Of a stretch of DNA of 56,918 bases, positions 29,093 through 38,532 are shown piece after piece; the stretch's first letter is position 1; the number at the start of each line of letters is the position of its first letter. Source of the stretch: SAR324 cluster bacterium (GTDB taxonomy: Bacteria > SAR324 > NAC60-12). The notes beneath the pieces are model-generated. The model was not told the origin of the DNA and ran no database searches. It saw only the letters and a program-made list of their open reading frames with translations. Where the stretch lies: contig JAESQU010000100.1 in assembly GCA_016764995.1 (NCBI GenBank), forward strand, positions 1-56,918, written 5' to 3'. The position numbers and the translations under genes are program-made.

Positions 29093-29736
29093 TGAGTGTT
29101 TCCGAGCTAATCGTAGAAACTATGCCTGTCGGCCCCTTGCAGTGTAATTGTACCATTTTAGGTGACCCTGTAAGCCGGAAAGCAATTGTGGTAGATCCGG
29201 GAGGTGACGCCGAAATGTTGCTAGAGCGTTTGCTTGAATTAGATCTACAAGTGGAACGTATAATTCATACACATGCCCATCTGGATCATTTTCTTGCTTC
29301 CGGAAAATTGAAAGAGGCAACCGGAGCAAATTTGGCTTTACACCGTGAAGATTTATTTCTCTGGGATATGCTGGAAGATCAATGTCGGATGTTTGGAATT
29401 CCATTTGAAAAACCTCCGCCGCCGGATCAATGGTTGGAACATGAAGAGGAAATAGACTTGAAAGGTGTTAAGGGCAAGGCGCTTCACACTCCTGGACACA
29501 CACCAGGCTCCATGTGCTTTTTGTTTGAAAGTCAAAAACTTCTGATTGCCGGCGACACGCTTTTCCAGGGCTCAATTGGACGAACAGATTTATGGGGCGG
29601 TGATTTTCAAAAAATTGAAAAATCCATTCAGGAAAAACTGTACACACTTGATGAAGAAACTTCGGTGATCACCGGTCACGGAAATTCAACCAGCATCGGA
29701 CACGAGATGCGTGCTAATTCTTTTGTACGGGCTTGA
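29092..29736 (+). CDS. MBL-fold hydrolase (glyoxalase II-like)
   Basis: HTHAHLDH, then HTPGHTPGS, and GD..F..SIGRTD. 214 aa. Confidence 0.8.
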   Translation: MSVSELIVETMPVGPLQCNCTILGDPVSRKAIVVDPGGDAEMLLERLLELDLQVERIIHTHAHLDHFLASGKLKEATGANLALHREDLFLWDMLEDQCRMFGIPFEKPPPPDQWLEHEEEIDLKGVKGKALHTPGHTPGSMCFLFESQKLLIAGDTLFQGSIGRTDLWGGDFQKIEKSIQEKLYTLDEETSVITGHGNSTSIGHEMRANSFVRA

Positions 29737-30226
29737 AACAGCGTTCAAGTTCAAGCAGCTTATTCTTACGCTCAATCCCTCCTGCATAACCGGTTAGAGT
29801 CCCATTTTTTCCAATCACCCTGTGACAGGGAATGATAATGGAAATTGGATTTTTTGAATTGGCATTACCAATGGCACGAACTGCTTTAGGATTTTCAATG
29901 GCTTGCGCTTGTTGCAAATAACTCCGTGTTTCTCCATAAGGAATCCGGAGCAGCGCTTTCCACGCAGAACGTTGAAATGGGGTGCCTTGCGGGTTTAAAG
30001 GCAGTTCGAAATGTTGCAGATTTCCGGAAAAATACTCATCCAGTTGCAGACAAACTTTTCGGAGAAAGGAGGAAATTGGTTGCTGAGGTTTTTTGGAACT
30101 AATTTCTTCTTCCGGAAGTTCCTCAATAAAATCCGCCTGTTTCAAAAAACCCTGTTTTTCAATCAGTCTGAGTTTTCCTAATGGCGAATGATAAATAAAA
30201 GAAACGGGAGAAGTGGAGACGGTCAA
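29714..30226 (-). CDS. ogt: Methylated-DNA--protein-cysteine methyltransferase
   Basis: Active-site IPCHRVIG, preceded by IPYGETRSY..A..I..P.AVRAIGNAN. Confidence 0.88.
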   Translation of the reverse strand: MTVSTSPVSFIYHSPLGKLRLIEKQGFLKQADFIEELPEEEISSKKPQQPISSFLRKVCLQLDEYFSGNLQHFELPLNPQGTPFQRSAWKALLRIPYGETRSYLQQAQAIENPKAVRAIGNANSKNPISIIIPCHRVIGKNGTLTGYAGGIERKNKLLELERCFKPVQKN

Positions 30227-30252
30227 GTTAATTTTCAGCTAAAGGCAGATTT

Positions 30253-30648
30253 TTACAGGTTGAATTTTTCAATCAGAAAATCGTCATATTCATCAGCAAT
30301 GACAGCGATGCTGGCAACAATCCATTCCAATTCCTCAGTATCCAATCCTTGAACAGGACGGATATAACTCAAAATCAGGTGTTTATTACGTACCCCAAAA
30401 CTAACTCCTTTTAACTTCAAAGTTCCGTTAAGTTTAAGAATATATTCGTTTATTTCAGAGTTTTGTTGAGGATACTGAAAAAGATTTGCCGCAACGACCA
30501 ATTCCGCGTTATCTTCTAAATTTGTGAGGAAGATTTGAACTTTGACCGAACCACTTACAATCCACCATTCACTGTTACTGACGAACCCCTTTTCCGCTTC
30601 TCCGCAGTTATGGAGAAAGTCGGTTATCATTGTGCTATACTGGTTCAA
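30253..30648 (-). CDS. Hypothetical small acidic protein (YbjN/secretion-chaperone-like fold possible)
   Basis: 131-aa clean ORF. Size, acidity and an alpha-beta pattern are the only basis for the family guess. Confidence 0.5.
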   Translation of the reverse strand: MNQYSTMITDFLHNCGEAEKGFVSNSEWWIVSGSVKVQIFLTNLEDNAELVVAANLFQYPQQNSEINEYILKLNGTLKLKGVSFGVRNKHLILSYIRPVQGLDTEELEWIVASIAVIADEYDDFLIEKFNL

Positions 30649-30715
30649 TTCTCCTCCATATTACAGAAATTGAATGTACAACAAGCTGCAAAATATGCAT
30701 ACGGAACAGTCGTTG

Positions 30716-30865
30716 TTATTCGTCAGCCTCGGTTTTATCCGGAAGATAATTAAGCAATTGTGCCGCCAACCCGGCGAAGAGGAATGTCATAACAGAACCC
30801 GGAATGGTGGCAATAAAAATTATCCAGGGAAAGAGAAAGAGATAAAAAATTTGCTCTGAAATCAT
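30716..30865 (-). CDS. Possible 49-aa single-pass membrane peptide (not in ORF track)
   Basis: Hand translation gives MISEQIFYLFLFPWIIFIATIPGSVMTFLFAGLAAQLLNYLPDKTEADE. It has a hydrophobic core and an acidic tail, and lies directly upstream of 30253-30648 on the same strand. Confidence 0.3.
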   Translation of the reverse strand: MISEQIFYLFLFPWIIFIATIPGSVMTFLFAGLAAQLLNYLPDKTEADE

Positions 30866-31313
30866 AATAGTCCCTTTGTTAATGCGAATTGAGGCGGATT
30901 TTTAAGCGCACAGAATTCTTTGGTTTGCAAATTCAACAATACACCTTTATCATAACTTACTAATCAGCGCAAGGTTTAGTCAATCTAATTCACATAAATT
31001 GTGTTAAAAACTGAAACTTACTGAATAATTTATTTTTTTGAAAAGCGAATATCTTAATTATTTTTTAGGAAATGACTCACAGTCTGTCGTCTGACAGCAC
31101 ACAATCAACAGATTGTTTTAGGCTAAGAGTTGATATTTTTACGTTTTTTGCATTCTCTCTGTTAGCTTGTACTTTGTAAATTTCCAGAGGCAATCGATAG
31201 ACTGAAATCATTTTATTGATTAGTTTTCAAACAGAAGAATATTTTAGCTAACTTCTAAATTATTTTCTAGACAAATCCAGTTAAATTCCCCAATTTCTTT
31301 TGAGTTGTAATTC

Positions 31314-32285
31314 ATGGCAGAAAAACAAACCACGCAATTTTATCCTGTTCAGGAAGGATTTATTCCAATCATTAAAATAATCGGTGTCGGTGGAGCCGGA
31401 GGTAATGTGGTCACGCAAATGGCAGAAGAGAATTTTGACCAGGTTGAGACTATTATTTGCAACACTGATGTAAAGGCTTTAAAGCGAAACAAATCACATA
31501 TAAAGATTGAACTCGGAAAAAAACTAACCCGGGGAATGGGCGCAGGTGCGCGTCCGGAAGTGGGAGAAGGTGCTGCTGAAGAGAGCCTCGCGGAAATAGC
31601 TGAGGCTATTGAAGGCGCTAATATGATTTTCATTGCCGCTGGCATGGGCGGAGGAACAGGTACAGGAGCTGCACCGACTATTGCACGTATGGCAAAGGAA
31701 AAGCAAATTCTAACAGTTGGAATTGTTACGATTCCTTTTTCATTTGAGGGTACAAAAAGGAGGAGTGCGGGGCTGGCTGGAGTTGAACGTCTGCGAGAAT
31801 ATACGGATACTTTGCTCGTCATTCCAAACGATAAACTACTAGACGCAAGTACTCAAAATACGAGTTTCCTTGAAGCTTTTCACATGGTTGATTTGGTGCT
31901 GATCAACGCAATCAGAGGCATAACCATGCTGCTTAGTGGAGTTGGAGATATCAATGTCGATTTCGCTGATGTGCAAACCATCATGAAAGGTATGGGTAAG
32001 GCTGTTATCGGCAGAGGTGTAGCAAAGGGCAAGGACAGAGCATTGAATGCAGTAGAAGACGCTTTACATGGTTCTCTCATGGAAGATACGGACATCCGTG
32101 GAGCAAAAGGTATTTTGGTGCATGTGAGCGGACCAAAAGACACCAGTGCTTTTGAAATTCAGGAAGCAATGTCACTTATTGAAGATATGGCAGATGAAGA
32201 TGTTGAGTTGATCTGGGGAGCCACCTTTTCTGACTCTGCAAAGGATGAAGTCACAATGACTGTTATTGCGACCGGATTGTCCTGA
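31314..32285 (+). CDS. FtsZ-family tubulin-like GTPase, core domain only (no C-terminal linker/peptide)
   Basis: IKIIGVGGAGGN, the tubulin signature AAGMGGGTGTGAAP, VIPNDKLL and the T7-loop INVDFADV are present. The ORF ends at TVIATGLS, i.e. at the end of the globular core. Confidence 0.85.
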   Translation: MAEKQTTQFYPVQEGFIPIIKIIGVGGAGGNVVTQMAEENFDQVETIICNTDVKALKRNKSHIKIELGKKLTRGMGAGARPEVGEGAAEESLAEIAEAIEGANMIFIAAGMGGGTGTGAAPTIARMAKEKQILTVGIVTIPFSFEGTKRRSAGLAGVERLREYTDTLLVIPNDKLLDASTQNTSFLEAFHMVDLVLINAIRGITMLLSGVGDINVDFADVQTIMKGMGKAVIGRGVAKGKDRALNAVEDALHGSLMEDTDIRGAKGILVHVSGPKDTSAFEIQEAMSLIEDMADEDVELIWGATFSDSAKDEVTMTVIATGLS

Positions 32286-32334
32286 TTTTAAGAACTTTAC
32301 GATTTTTCCTTTTCCTCTTTCCTCCACATTGAAA

Positions 32335-33033
32335 ATGAGTGGAATTCAAGTAAAGCTTTATCAGACAGACAATGGCCCCTGTCCATATCGAGAAGAAAAG
32401 ACTTGGCGAAATCTTTCTTTCCAGACCAGCGAGCTTCCCACAGACGGTTACACTTCTTTACTGAATCAGGGATTTCGGCGCAGTGGTCTTTCCATTTATC
32501 ATCCAGTTTGTTCAGGTTGCCAGTCGTGCATTCCGATTCGTGTCGATGTGCAAAATTTTTCTCAAAACAAAGGACAACGCCGGACATGGCGTAAAAACAA
32601 GGATGTTCGAGTTGAGCATCATCCGCTGGAATTTAACCGGCAGGATTTTGAGCTTTATCAGCGTTATCAGAATGATTGGCACGAACTTGAGATTCCGGTT
32701 GAGGAGAATGAGTATTATGATTTTTTGATTGAATCTCCTGTTCCAACTGAAATTCTTCGTTATTATTTAGGAAACAAACTTATTGGTGTTGGTTGGCTGG
32801 ATCGGTTGCCGGAATTAATCAGTTCCGTTTATTTTGTTTTTGATCCGGAATTTGCTTCAAAACGGCTTGGAGTATTTTCCCTACTCTATGAAATTGAATA
32901 CGCCCGTTTTCTTGATATCCGTTGGTTATATTTGGGATATTGGGTAGAAAGTTCTCCCAAAATGAATTACAAAGCAGATTTTCAGCCTGCCCAAATTTTG
33001 CGGGATTCACGCTGGATACCTTTTAAAGTTTAG
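32335..33033 (+). CDS. bpt: Arginyl/leucyl-tRNA--protein transferase (Bpt/Ate family, N-end rule)
   Basis: CPY near the N-terminus, GFRRSG..YHP.C..CQSC, and the C-terminal acyltransferase part YLGYW. ATG 32335 is preferred. Confidence 0.8.
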   Translation: MSGIQVKLYQTDNGPCPYREEKTWRNLSFQTSELPTDGYTSLLNQGFRRSGLSIYHPVCSGCQSCIPIRVDVQNFSQNKGQRRTWRKNKDVRVEHHPLEFNRQDFELYQRYQNDWHELEIPVEENEYYDFLIESPVPTEILRYYLGNKLIGVGWLDRLPELISSVYFVFDPEFASKRLGVFSLLYEIEYARFLDIRWLYLGYWVESSPKMNYKADFQPAQILRDSRWIPFKV

Positions 33034-33064
33034 TTAAGAAAGTACTCACCTTTAGTTTAATTTA

Positions 33065-33553
33065 ATGGCTGATTCCAAAAAAGAGTTTACTCACTTGTCC
33101 GGAGGTGATGTCCCACGGATGGTTGATATTTCTGCTAAATCTGTGACGGAACGTACTGCTGTTGCTGAGGCACGGGTTCATTTGGGACGAGAGCTTGCCG
33201 AATTGCTGAAAGAGTCCGGAAGCACAAAAAAAGGTCCTGTTCTGCAAACTGCTGTGATTGGAGGAATACAAGGCGCGAAGCGGACAGCTGAACTGATTCC
33301 CATGTGTCATCCTCTGCCGCTTTCCGGAGTGGATGTGGATATTGAGTTGGAAGGAGAATATGCTGTAATCCTGGTCACAGCCAAAACCACAGGACGTACC
33401 GGAGTGGAGATGGAAGCCCTCACAGCGGCCTCTGTGGCGGCGCTGACAATCTACGATATGTGCAAGTCCGTCAGCAAGAGTATGGAAATTGAGTCAATTT
33501 GCTTGTTGCAAAAAACTGGGGGAAAATCAGGAGATTACCAGAAACAAAAGTAA
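33065..33553 (+). CDS. moaC: Cyclic pyranopterin monophosphate synthase
   Basis: MVDISAK..TERTA.A, LIPMCHPL, GVEMEALTA.SVAALTIYDM.K. Confidence 0.9.
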   Translation: MADSKKEFTHLSGGDVPRMVDISAKSVTERTAVAEARVHLGRELAELLKESGSTKKGPVLQTAVIGGIQGAKRTAELIPMCHPLPLSGVDVDIELEGEYAVILVTAKTTGRTGVEMEALTAASVAALTIYDMCKSVSKSMEIESICLLQKTGGKSGDYQKQK

Positions 33554-33586
33554 AACTATTTCAACCGTAATTTTCGTTTTTTCGTG

Positions 33587-33910
33587 TTAGCGGAAAGAAA
33601 CTTCTTTTCCCAGGTTGTCTGTCAGCAGATTTGCTAAACATTGAAAAAATTCTTCCTGTTCCGCGTTTGCAAACCAAATCTCTTTTTCCTGCTGAAATTG
33701 AAAATGCCAGCCTCGTGAATTTCCCGCGAGCCAGATTTCCTTAATTGACCTTTGGGTGTTTATCACAACTTTTTTACCACTTTTTTCAAAGATGACCATA
33801 AGTTTGTCTGGAGTAGGGTCATAGTCAATTTCGTCTTCAAACTCGTCAAGTTTCTCCTCGACCCTCTCAAACAATTCAGAAACTCGCGCAAAATATTCTT
33901 TATTTTCCAT
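33587..33910 (-). CDS. cyaY: Frataxin homologue CyaY
   Basis: 107 aa. It aligns by eye along the whole length with E. coli CyaY, including VINTQRSIKEIWLA and the terminal VSFR. Confidence 0.88.
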   Translation of the reverse strand: MENKEYFARVSELFERVEEKLDEFEDEIDYDPTPDKLMVIFEKSGKKVVINTQRSIKEIWLAGNSRGWHFQFQQEKEIWFANAEQEEFFQCLANLLTDNLGKEVSFR

Positions 33911-34131
33911 AGATTATAATTATTAGTTTGTTGGTCTTGTTTTAATAACTGCGTGTTGACTTGTGACCGGCAGCAATAAGAAAAAATAATATGCATAAAG
34001 TATCGTAATCCGAGTGCTTTGATAGTCAATACAAAAATGCCTTCTTTCAAATTGCGTTTTTTGGTAAATATTCTCAAAATGAAATAAGCTAAGACAGACA
34101 ACTTACAACATTTATAAACTAGAGAGTAATA

Positions 34132-35565
34132 ATGCGAAAGATTTTGACAGTATTTTTGACAATTTGTTTTTTAACCGGATTCTCTTTTTCAGTATTGGGC
34201 GGCGGATTGGACAATACAGATCCTCGTTATCCGTTACGCGAGTACCGCCGCTTTATGCTGCCAAATCAAATGAAAGTAATGCTAATTTCAGATCCAACCC
34301 TGCAACGAGGTGCGGCTTCGCTAACGGTTGGTGTTGGTTCAATGAGTGATCCCGCAGAACGTTTTGGATTGGCGCATTTTCTGGAACACATGCTTTTTTT
34401 GGGAACCGAAAAATATCCGGATGAGGGCAGCTATCAGAAATTTGTTTCAACACATGATGGCTTCAGCAACGCCTATACTGCCGATGACCGCACCAACTAT
34501 CACTTTGAGGTTGATCCGGATTTTTTTGAAGAAGGTCTGGAGCGTTTCTCACAATTTTTTCTGACACCTTTGTTCAACCAGGAATTGGTGGAACGTGAAA
34601 TCAAAGCGGTGGATTCAGAGCACTCCAAAAATATTCCAAATGATTACCGCAGAATTTTTCAAGTCAAACGCAAAGCTTTTGAAAAAGGACATCCTGCCAG
34701 ACATTTTGCCACTGGAACAATGGAAACTCTGGAAGGAGTAAGCAGAGAAGAATTGTTGTCATTTTATAACAAGCATTATTCAAGTAATCAAATGATGCTG
34801 GCAGTTGCAGGACCTCAAAACTTGGACACTTTGCAGGCCTTGGTTGTTCCACGTTTTGTCGCAGTGAAAAATCGTAACCTGCTGGAAAAACGGGTTTCGC
34901 CAAAATTCATGAAACGTGATCCACGATTTCGTTTAATGCGTGTAAAAACTATTAAGGATTCTCGTTCATTGACCTTGATGTTTCCTTTGTCACGCACTCT
35001 TCATTATTACAAAAGTCAACCTTTGGGAATGCTGGGTTTCCTGCTCGGACATGAGGGCCAGGGCAGTTTGCTTTCGTTGCTGAAAAGTGCAAATCTGGCG
35101 ACTGGCTTATCTGCGGGAGGTGGTGCGTCAAACAAATCTTTTTCAAGTTTTGATGTAAAGATTCAGCTCACGCCAAAAGGTTTGCGGAATTACTCTAAAG
35201 TTATCCGGCATGTTTTTCAATATTTGCGTTTGCTGCGTAAAACAGGGTTGCCACGTTATGTTTTTGATGAAGTGAAACAAATGTCTGAAATTGACTACAG
35301 GTTTGCAGAAAAACCTGAAGGAACATCGCTGGTCAATGTTTTCTCTACGCTGCTGATGTACTACCCAATGCGTACCTTAGAAATCGATCCGTACATTATT
35401 ACTGAGTTCAAACCACGAATTTTTGACAGTCTGCTCTATAGTTTGATTCCGGAAAATATGTTGGCAATTTTGGCGGCGCGGGATGTCAAAACGACGGAAA
35501 AGGAAGAGTTTTATGGTGTTGAGTATTCGCTGACATACAGTCATCCGAAGTGGATAAATAAATAG
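34132..35565 (+). CDS. M16A (insulinase/pitrilysin-like) zinc peptidase, N-terminal half; ends at an in-frame TAG
   Basis: Signal peptide MRKILTVFLTICFLTGFSFSVLG. Inverted zinc motif HFLEHMLFLGT and the downstream glutamate region are present. Confidence 0.85.
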   Translation: MRKILTVFLTICFLTGFSFSVLGGGLDNTDPRYPLREYRRFMLPNQMKVMLISDPTLQRGAASLTVGVGSMSDPAERFGLAHFLEHMLFLGTEKYPDEGSYQKFVSTHDGFSNAYTADDRTNYHFEVDPDFFEEGLERFSQFFLTPLFNQELVEREIKAVDSEHSKNIPNDYRRIFQVKRKAFEKGHPARHFATGTMETLEGVSREELLSFYNKHYSSNQMMLAVAGPQNLDTLQALVVPRFVAVKNRNLLEKRVSPKFMKRDPRFRLMRVKTIKDSRSLTLMFPLSRTLHYYKSQPLGMLGFLLGHEGQGSLLSLLKSANLATGLSAGGGASNKSFSSFDVKIQLTPKGLRNYSKVIRHVFQYLRLLRKTGLPRYVFDEVKQMSEIDYRFAEKPEGTSLVNVFSTLLMYYPMRTLEIDPYIITEFKPRIFDSLLYSLIPENMLAILAARDVKTTEKEEFYGVEYSLTYSHPKWINK

Positions 35566-35571
35566 CGTAAC

Positions 35572-37167
35572 TTGAAAATTAATCCTGCCTTAAAACTTCC
35601 GGAAGCAAATCCGTTCCTGCCGGAAAGTTTGGAGGTCTTAGCTTTTCAAGGTGCAGTTCAGCTTACTCATCAATCGCTTGTGGGATTGAAAAATGAAGGG
35701 CTGAGTGCAGGAGTGCTAAAACGCCTGGAAAGCACTCAGGATAAATTATGGGAATCATGGGGCAAATTGCTAACGTCTTTAGAGATTTCGCCTCAGGCAG
35801 ACTCTTCGGAAAAATTGCGAGAACTCATACGAAAACACGCGTTAGGAAACCCGAAAATTTTGCAGGATGATGAATTTGCTAAAATCTGGTTTCAGCAGGA
35901 TTTCCGTTTTGAAACGCCAAAAGCACAGTTGATGTTCAGGATTCATTCTCCGGAAGTTTATTCCTCTCCGCGAAATGCAGTCCTGTCACAACTTTATACA
36001 GATGCCATCAGTGAAGGACTGAATGAATTTGGTTATCCCATCCGTCTGGCAGGTTTGGAATATGGAATCCATGTTGATAAAAAAGGTGTAAATCTGACTT
36101 TCAGCGGTTACTCCGACAGGATTCAGGAATTGGTAAAAACCGTTGCGGGCCGCTTGAAAAAAATCACAATTGATAATAAAACGTTCAACACACTCAAAGA
36201 AGTTCGTTTGCGGCGCTACCAAAATTTTCATTTTCGCCAGCCTTATCAGCAGGCATTTTATTTTCGTAGTTTGCTGCTCGAAGGACATAAATTTTCGATC
36301 ATGGATTATGAAAAAGAAATAAAAAAAATAAAACTGAAAGATTTGAAAAAATTTGCAAATAAACTATATGACAGACTTTATATTGAGGGACTTGCATATG
36401 GGAACCTCCGTGAAGAAACTGTTTTGGAAGCAGTTGGAGTACTTCAAGAAAAATTAGACGGAAAACCTTTAGCGGAAGCAAAACGGTTTGTGAATAGTGT
36501 GCGCCAGATTTCTGCAGGAGAATCACACACTTTCACTCGTATAATGCAGGTTGAAAATTCTGCGGTAGTGACTGACATTCAGGTTGGCCAGCGAAATCCA
36601 AAATTGCAAGCGGCACTGATGGTGGTCGACAGCCTGATGCAACCCCAGTTTTATAATGAATTACGTACCAGTCAACAGTTGGGCTACATTGTCAATTCGG
36701 GCATGACAGTCCTGGAAAAAACATTGGGACTGATTTTTATAATTCAGTCTGGTGAATATAATACTGAAATACTGGAGCAAAGGATGGATGCTTTCCTTGA
36801 AAAATTCTACTTGTCCTTAAAGGAACTGCCCGACTTGGAACTGAACAAAATAAAAAAATCGGTGCTTCACAGTAAATTGCAAAAGACGACTTCAGTTACG
36901 AGCGAAGCTGGCCGACTATTTGTGATTGCCTTTGAAAAAAATGCAGAATTTGATCAAAATAGTAAAGAAATAACAGCCGTGGAAGAACTCACAAAGAAGG
37001 ACATTCTGGCTGTTGTTAAGAGCTATTTACTACCGTCCAAACAACGTAAGTTGATTTTAAGAATGTCCGGAAAGAATCATGTAAAAGGAAAGTCCGCTGG
37101 TAAATTAATTACATCAATGGCAAATTTTAAAGCGCAATATGCCTGTCCGGAAAACTGCTTACCTTGA
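35572..37167 (+). CDS. M16A peptidase, C-terminal half (same frame as 34132-35565, separated by TAG-CGT-AAC)
   Basis: It begins with LKINPALKLPEANPFLPE, which continues the conserved insulinase segment (..W....L..KFKLPxxNxFIP). Only a TTG is available as a start and no ATG occurs for about 120 codons. Confidence 0.8.
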   Translation: MKINPALKLPEANPFLPESLEVLAFQGAVQLTHQSLVGLKNEGLSAGVLKRLESTQDKLWESWGKLLTSLEISPQADSSEKLRELIRKHALGNPKILQDDEFAKIWFQQDFRFETPKAQLMFRIHSPEVYSSPRNAVLSQLYTDAISEGLNEFGYPIRLAGLEYGIHVDKKGVNLTFSGYSDRIQELVKTVAGRLKKITIDNKTFNTLKEVRLRRYQNFHFRQPYQQAFYFRSLLLEGHKFSIMDYEKEIKKIKLKDLKKFANKLYDRLYIEGLAYGNLREETVLEAVGVLQEKLDGKPLAEAKRFVNSVRQISAGESHTFTRIMQVENSAVVTDIQVGQRNPKLQAALMVVDSLMQPQFYNELRTSQQLGYIVNSGMTVLEKTLGLIFIIQSGEYNTEILEQRMDAFLEKFYLSLKELPDLELNKIKKSVLHSKLQKTTSVTSEAGRLFVIAFEKNAEFDQNSKEITAVEELTKKDILAVVKSYLLPSKQRKLILRMSGKNHVKGKSAGKLITSMANFKAQYACPENCLP

Positions 37168-37265
37168 TTTGAAATGACAGGAATGAGGTGTGCTTAAGTT
37201 TCTTTACAAAGAAAAAATGTATTTTCAGCGTTAAGTTTGGAAATTTAAAAGGCTAAAAAAATTGG

Positions 37266-37670
37266 ATGAAGAGGAATTGTAAATTTGATTTTAAGTGTTG
37301 TGGTATGAACTTTGCGAGTGTTTTAGTACAGAGTATCTTCAGATCACCACAATTCAGAAACTTGGTAATGGTTACGGAAAACGGAGTTCGCCTTCAAGTA
37401 GATTCGCAAAGACGTATTGGCGTAGCTGACGTAATAAATATGCTGAAGGGATTACGCAGCGAAGCCGTGATCAAGGTCGTCAGGACTTCTGGCGAAAATG
37501 AGAATGAAGCAGCTAGTATAGAATCAAAGACTCAGACTATTAGCTCAGAATCATTTCAAAAATCTTCAGCTGTTATCGGCAATACAGATTTACCCCAAAT
37601 TCGTGAACTGAATGAAATTGCCGCCATCCTGAGGAGCATGGACACCCAACAGAACCATTTTAGCTTCTAA
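37266..37670 (+). CDS. Hypothetical protein (weakly supported ORF)
   Basis: 134-aa ORF whose 3' end overlaps a convergent gene by 4 nt. No motif found and the start is uncertain. Confidence 0.3.
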   Translation: MKRNCKFDFKCCGMNFASVLVQSIFRSPQFRNLVMVTENGVRLQVDSQRRIGVADVINMLKGLRSEAVIKVVRTSGENENEAASIESKTQTISSESFQKSSAVIGNTDLPQIRELNEIAAILRSMDTQQNHFSF

Positions 37671-38290
37671 ATAATTCCCAACAATTTAAGTCTCTTCCTG
37701 TAAGAATTTACCGCACTATCTGGAATATCGAGTCCGGCTTCTTTCGCAATTCCACATAAAATTTTGGAGGATGCGCGAGGTCTTTCACGTAGGAGTTCAA
37801 ACAAATAACTCAGAGTCTCAGCGTTGAGTTGTCTGTGCTCGGGTTCTTTGAGTTCTTCAATTACGTCGAGACTGATGTTGTAGGCAAAAGCAATCTCCCG
37901 CCAATCTTGTTCTTCCAGCAATTCTCTGATTTCCCGTTGTTCCGCGAGACTGATTTGTTCAATTCTTCGTGGTACAGTCACTTCCTGTTGTTTACACCAG
38001 CGTCGTAATGTACTTGCGGTTATACCTGCTTCCGCCGCAATATCTTCAAAGGCCTCTCCGTTTGCAATTCTTTCAACCAGAACTCCGCGCTCTGCTTGAG
38101 AGAATCGTCTATTTTTTGTTTTTGTTATTTTCTGTTCTGTGAAGCCTGTTTTTTTTGCGACAGCTTTTACGACTGCTAGTTTAACCGCAAATTTTTCAGC
38201 AATTTCAGGAATGCTTTTCCCGCGGTCCAATTCAATGGCAATTTCTATATTCAGCAGTTCTTCTTTAAATTTTTCAGAGGTGACGGACAT
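37667..38290 (-). CDS. Hypothetical DNA-binding protein built from about four helix-turn-helix-like repeats
   Basis: Repeated units: IPEIAEKFAVKLAVVKAV, FEDIAAEAGITASTLRRWCK, WREIAFAYNISLDVIEEL, ILCGIAKEAGLDIPDSAVNSYRKRL. Confidence 0.65.
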   Translation of the reverse strand: MSVTSEKFKEELLNIEIAIELDRGKSIPEIAEKFAVKLAVVKAVAKKTGFTEQKITKTKNRRFSQAERGVLVERIANGEAFEDIAAEAGITASTLRRWCKQQEVTVPRRIEQISLAEQREIRELLEEQDWREIAFAYNISLDVIEELKEPEHRQLNAETLSYLFELLRERPRASSKILCGIAKEAGLDIPDSAVNSYRKRLKLLGII

Positions 38291-38532
38291 TTATACCACA
38301 TTTTAATATTCGTGTGACACGGCAGATTATTCAAAATCACAAATTTAAAAGGCTCCTTTTTTTCAACATGGTCAAGACATTCTTGACAAGATGCTCTGCC
38401 TTTGCGATGCTGTGGGCTGATAAAGGAGGATAGTTTTCGGTCTTTTTTGGTTTTTATGTTGGAAAGAGTAACGGTTGTTTTAAGTTTATCATTTTTTACA
38501 GACCAATTTAATCTTTTTCAAGGAGTATTGTA

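Noticed and set aside
31314-32285. Calling the truncated FtsZ a magnetosome FtsZm.
   Set aside because: Only the size and the lack of a C-terminal tail match. No mam or mms genes occur in the window, so the analogy is mentioned but not adopted.
35563-35565. The TAG in the M16 peptidase as a pyrrolysine or programmed-recoding codon.
   Set aside because: No pyl genes, PYLIS-like element or suppressor tRNA is visible in the window, and peptidases are not known Pyl users. It is kept only as a remote alternative to an error, a pseudogene or a natural split.
37667-38290. The multi-HTH protein as a transposase or IS element.
   Set aside because: There is no DDE or serine/tyrosine recombinase domain, no terminal inverted repeats and no target duplication around it.
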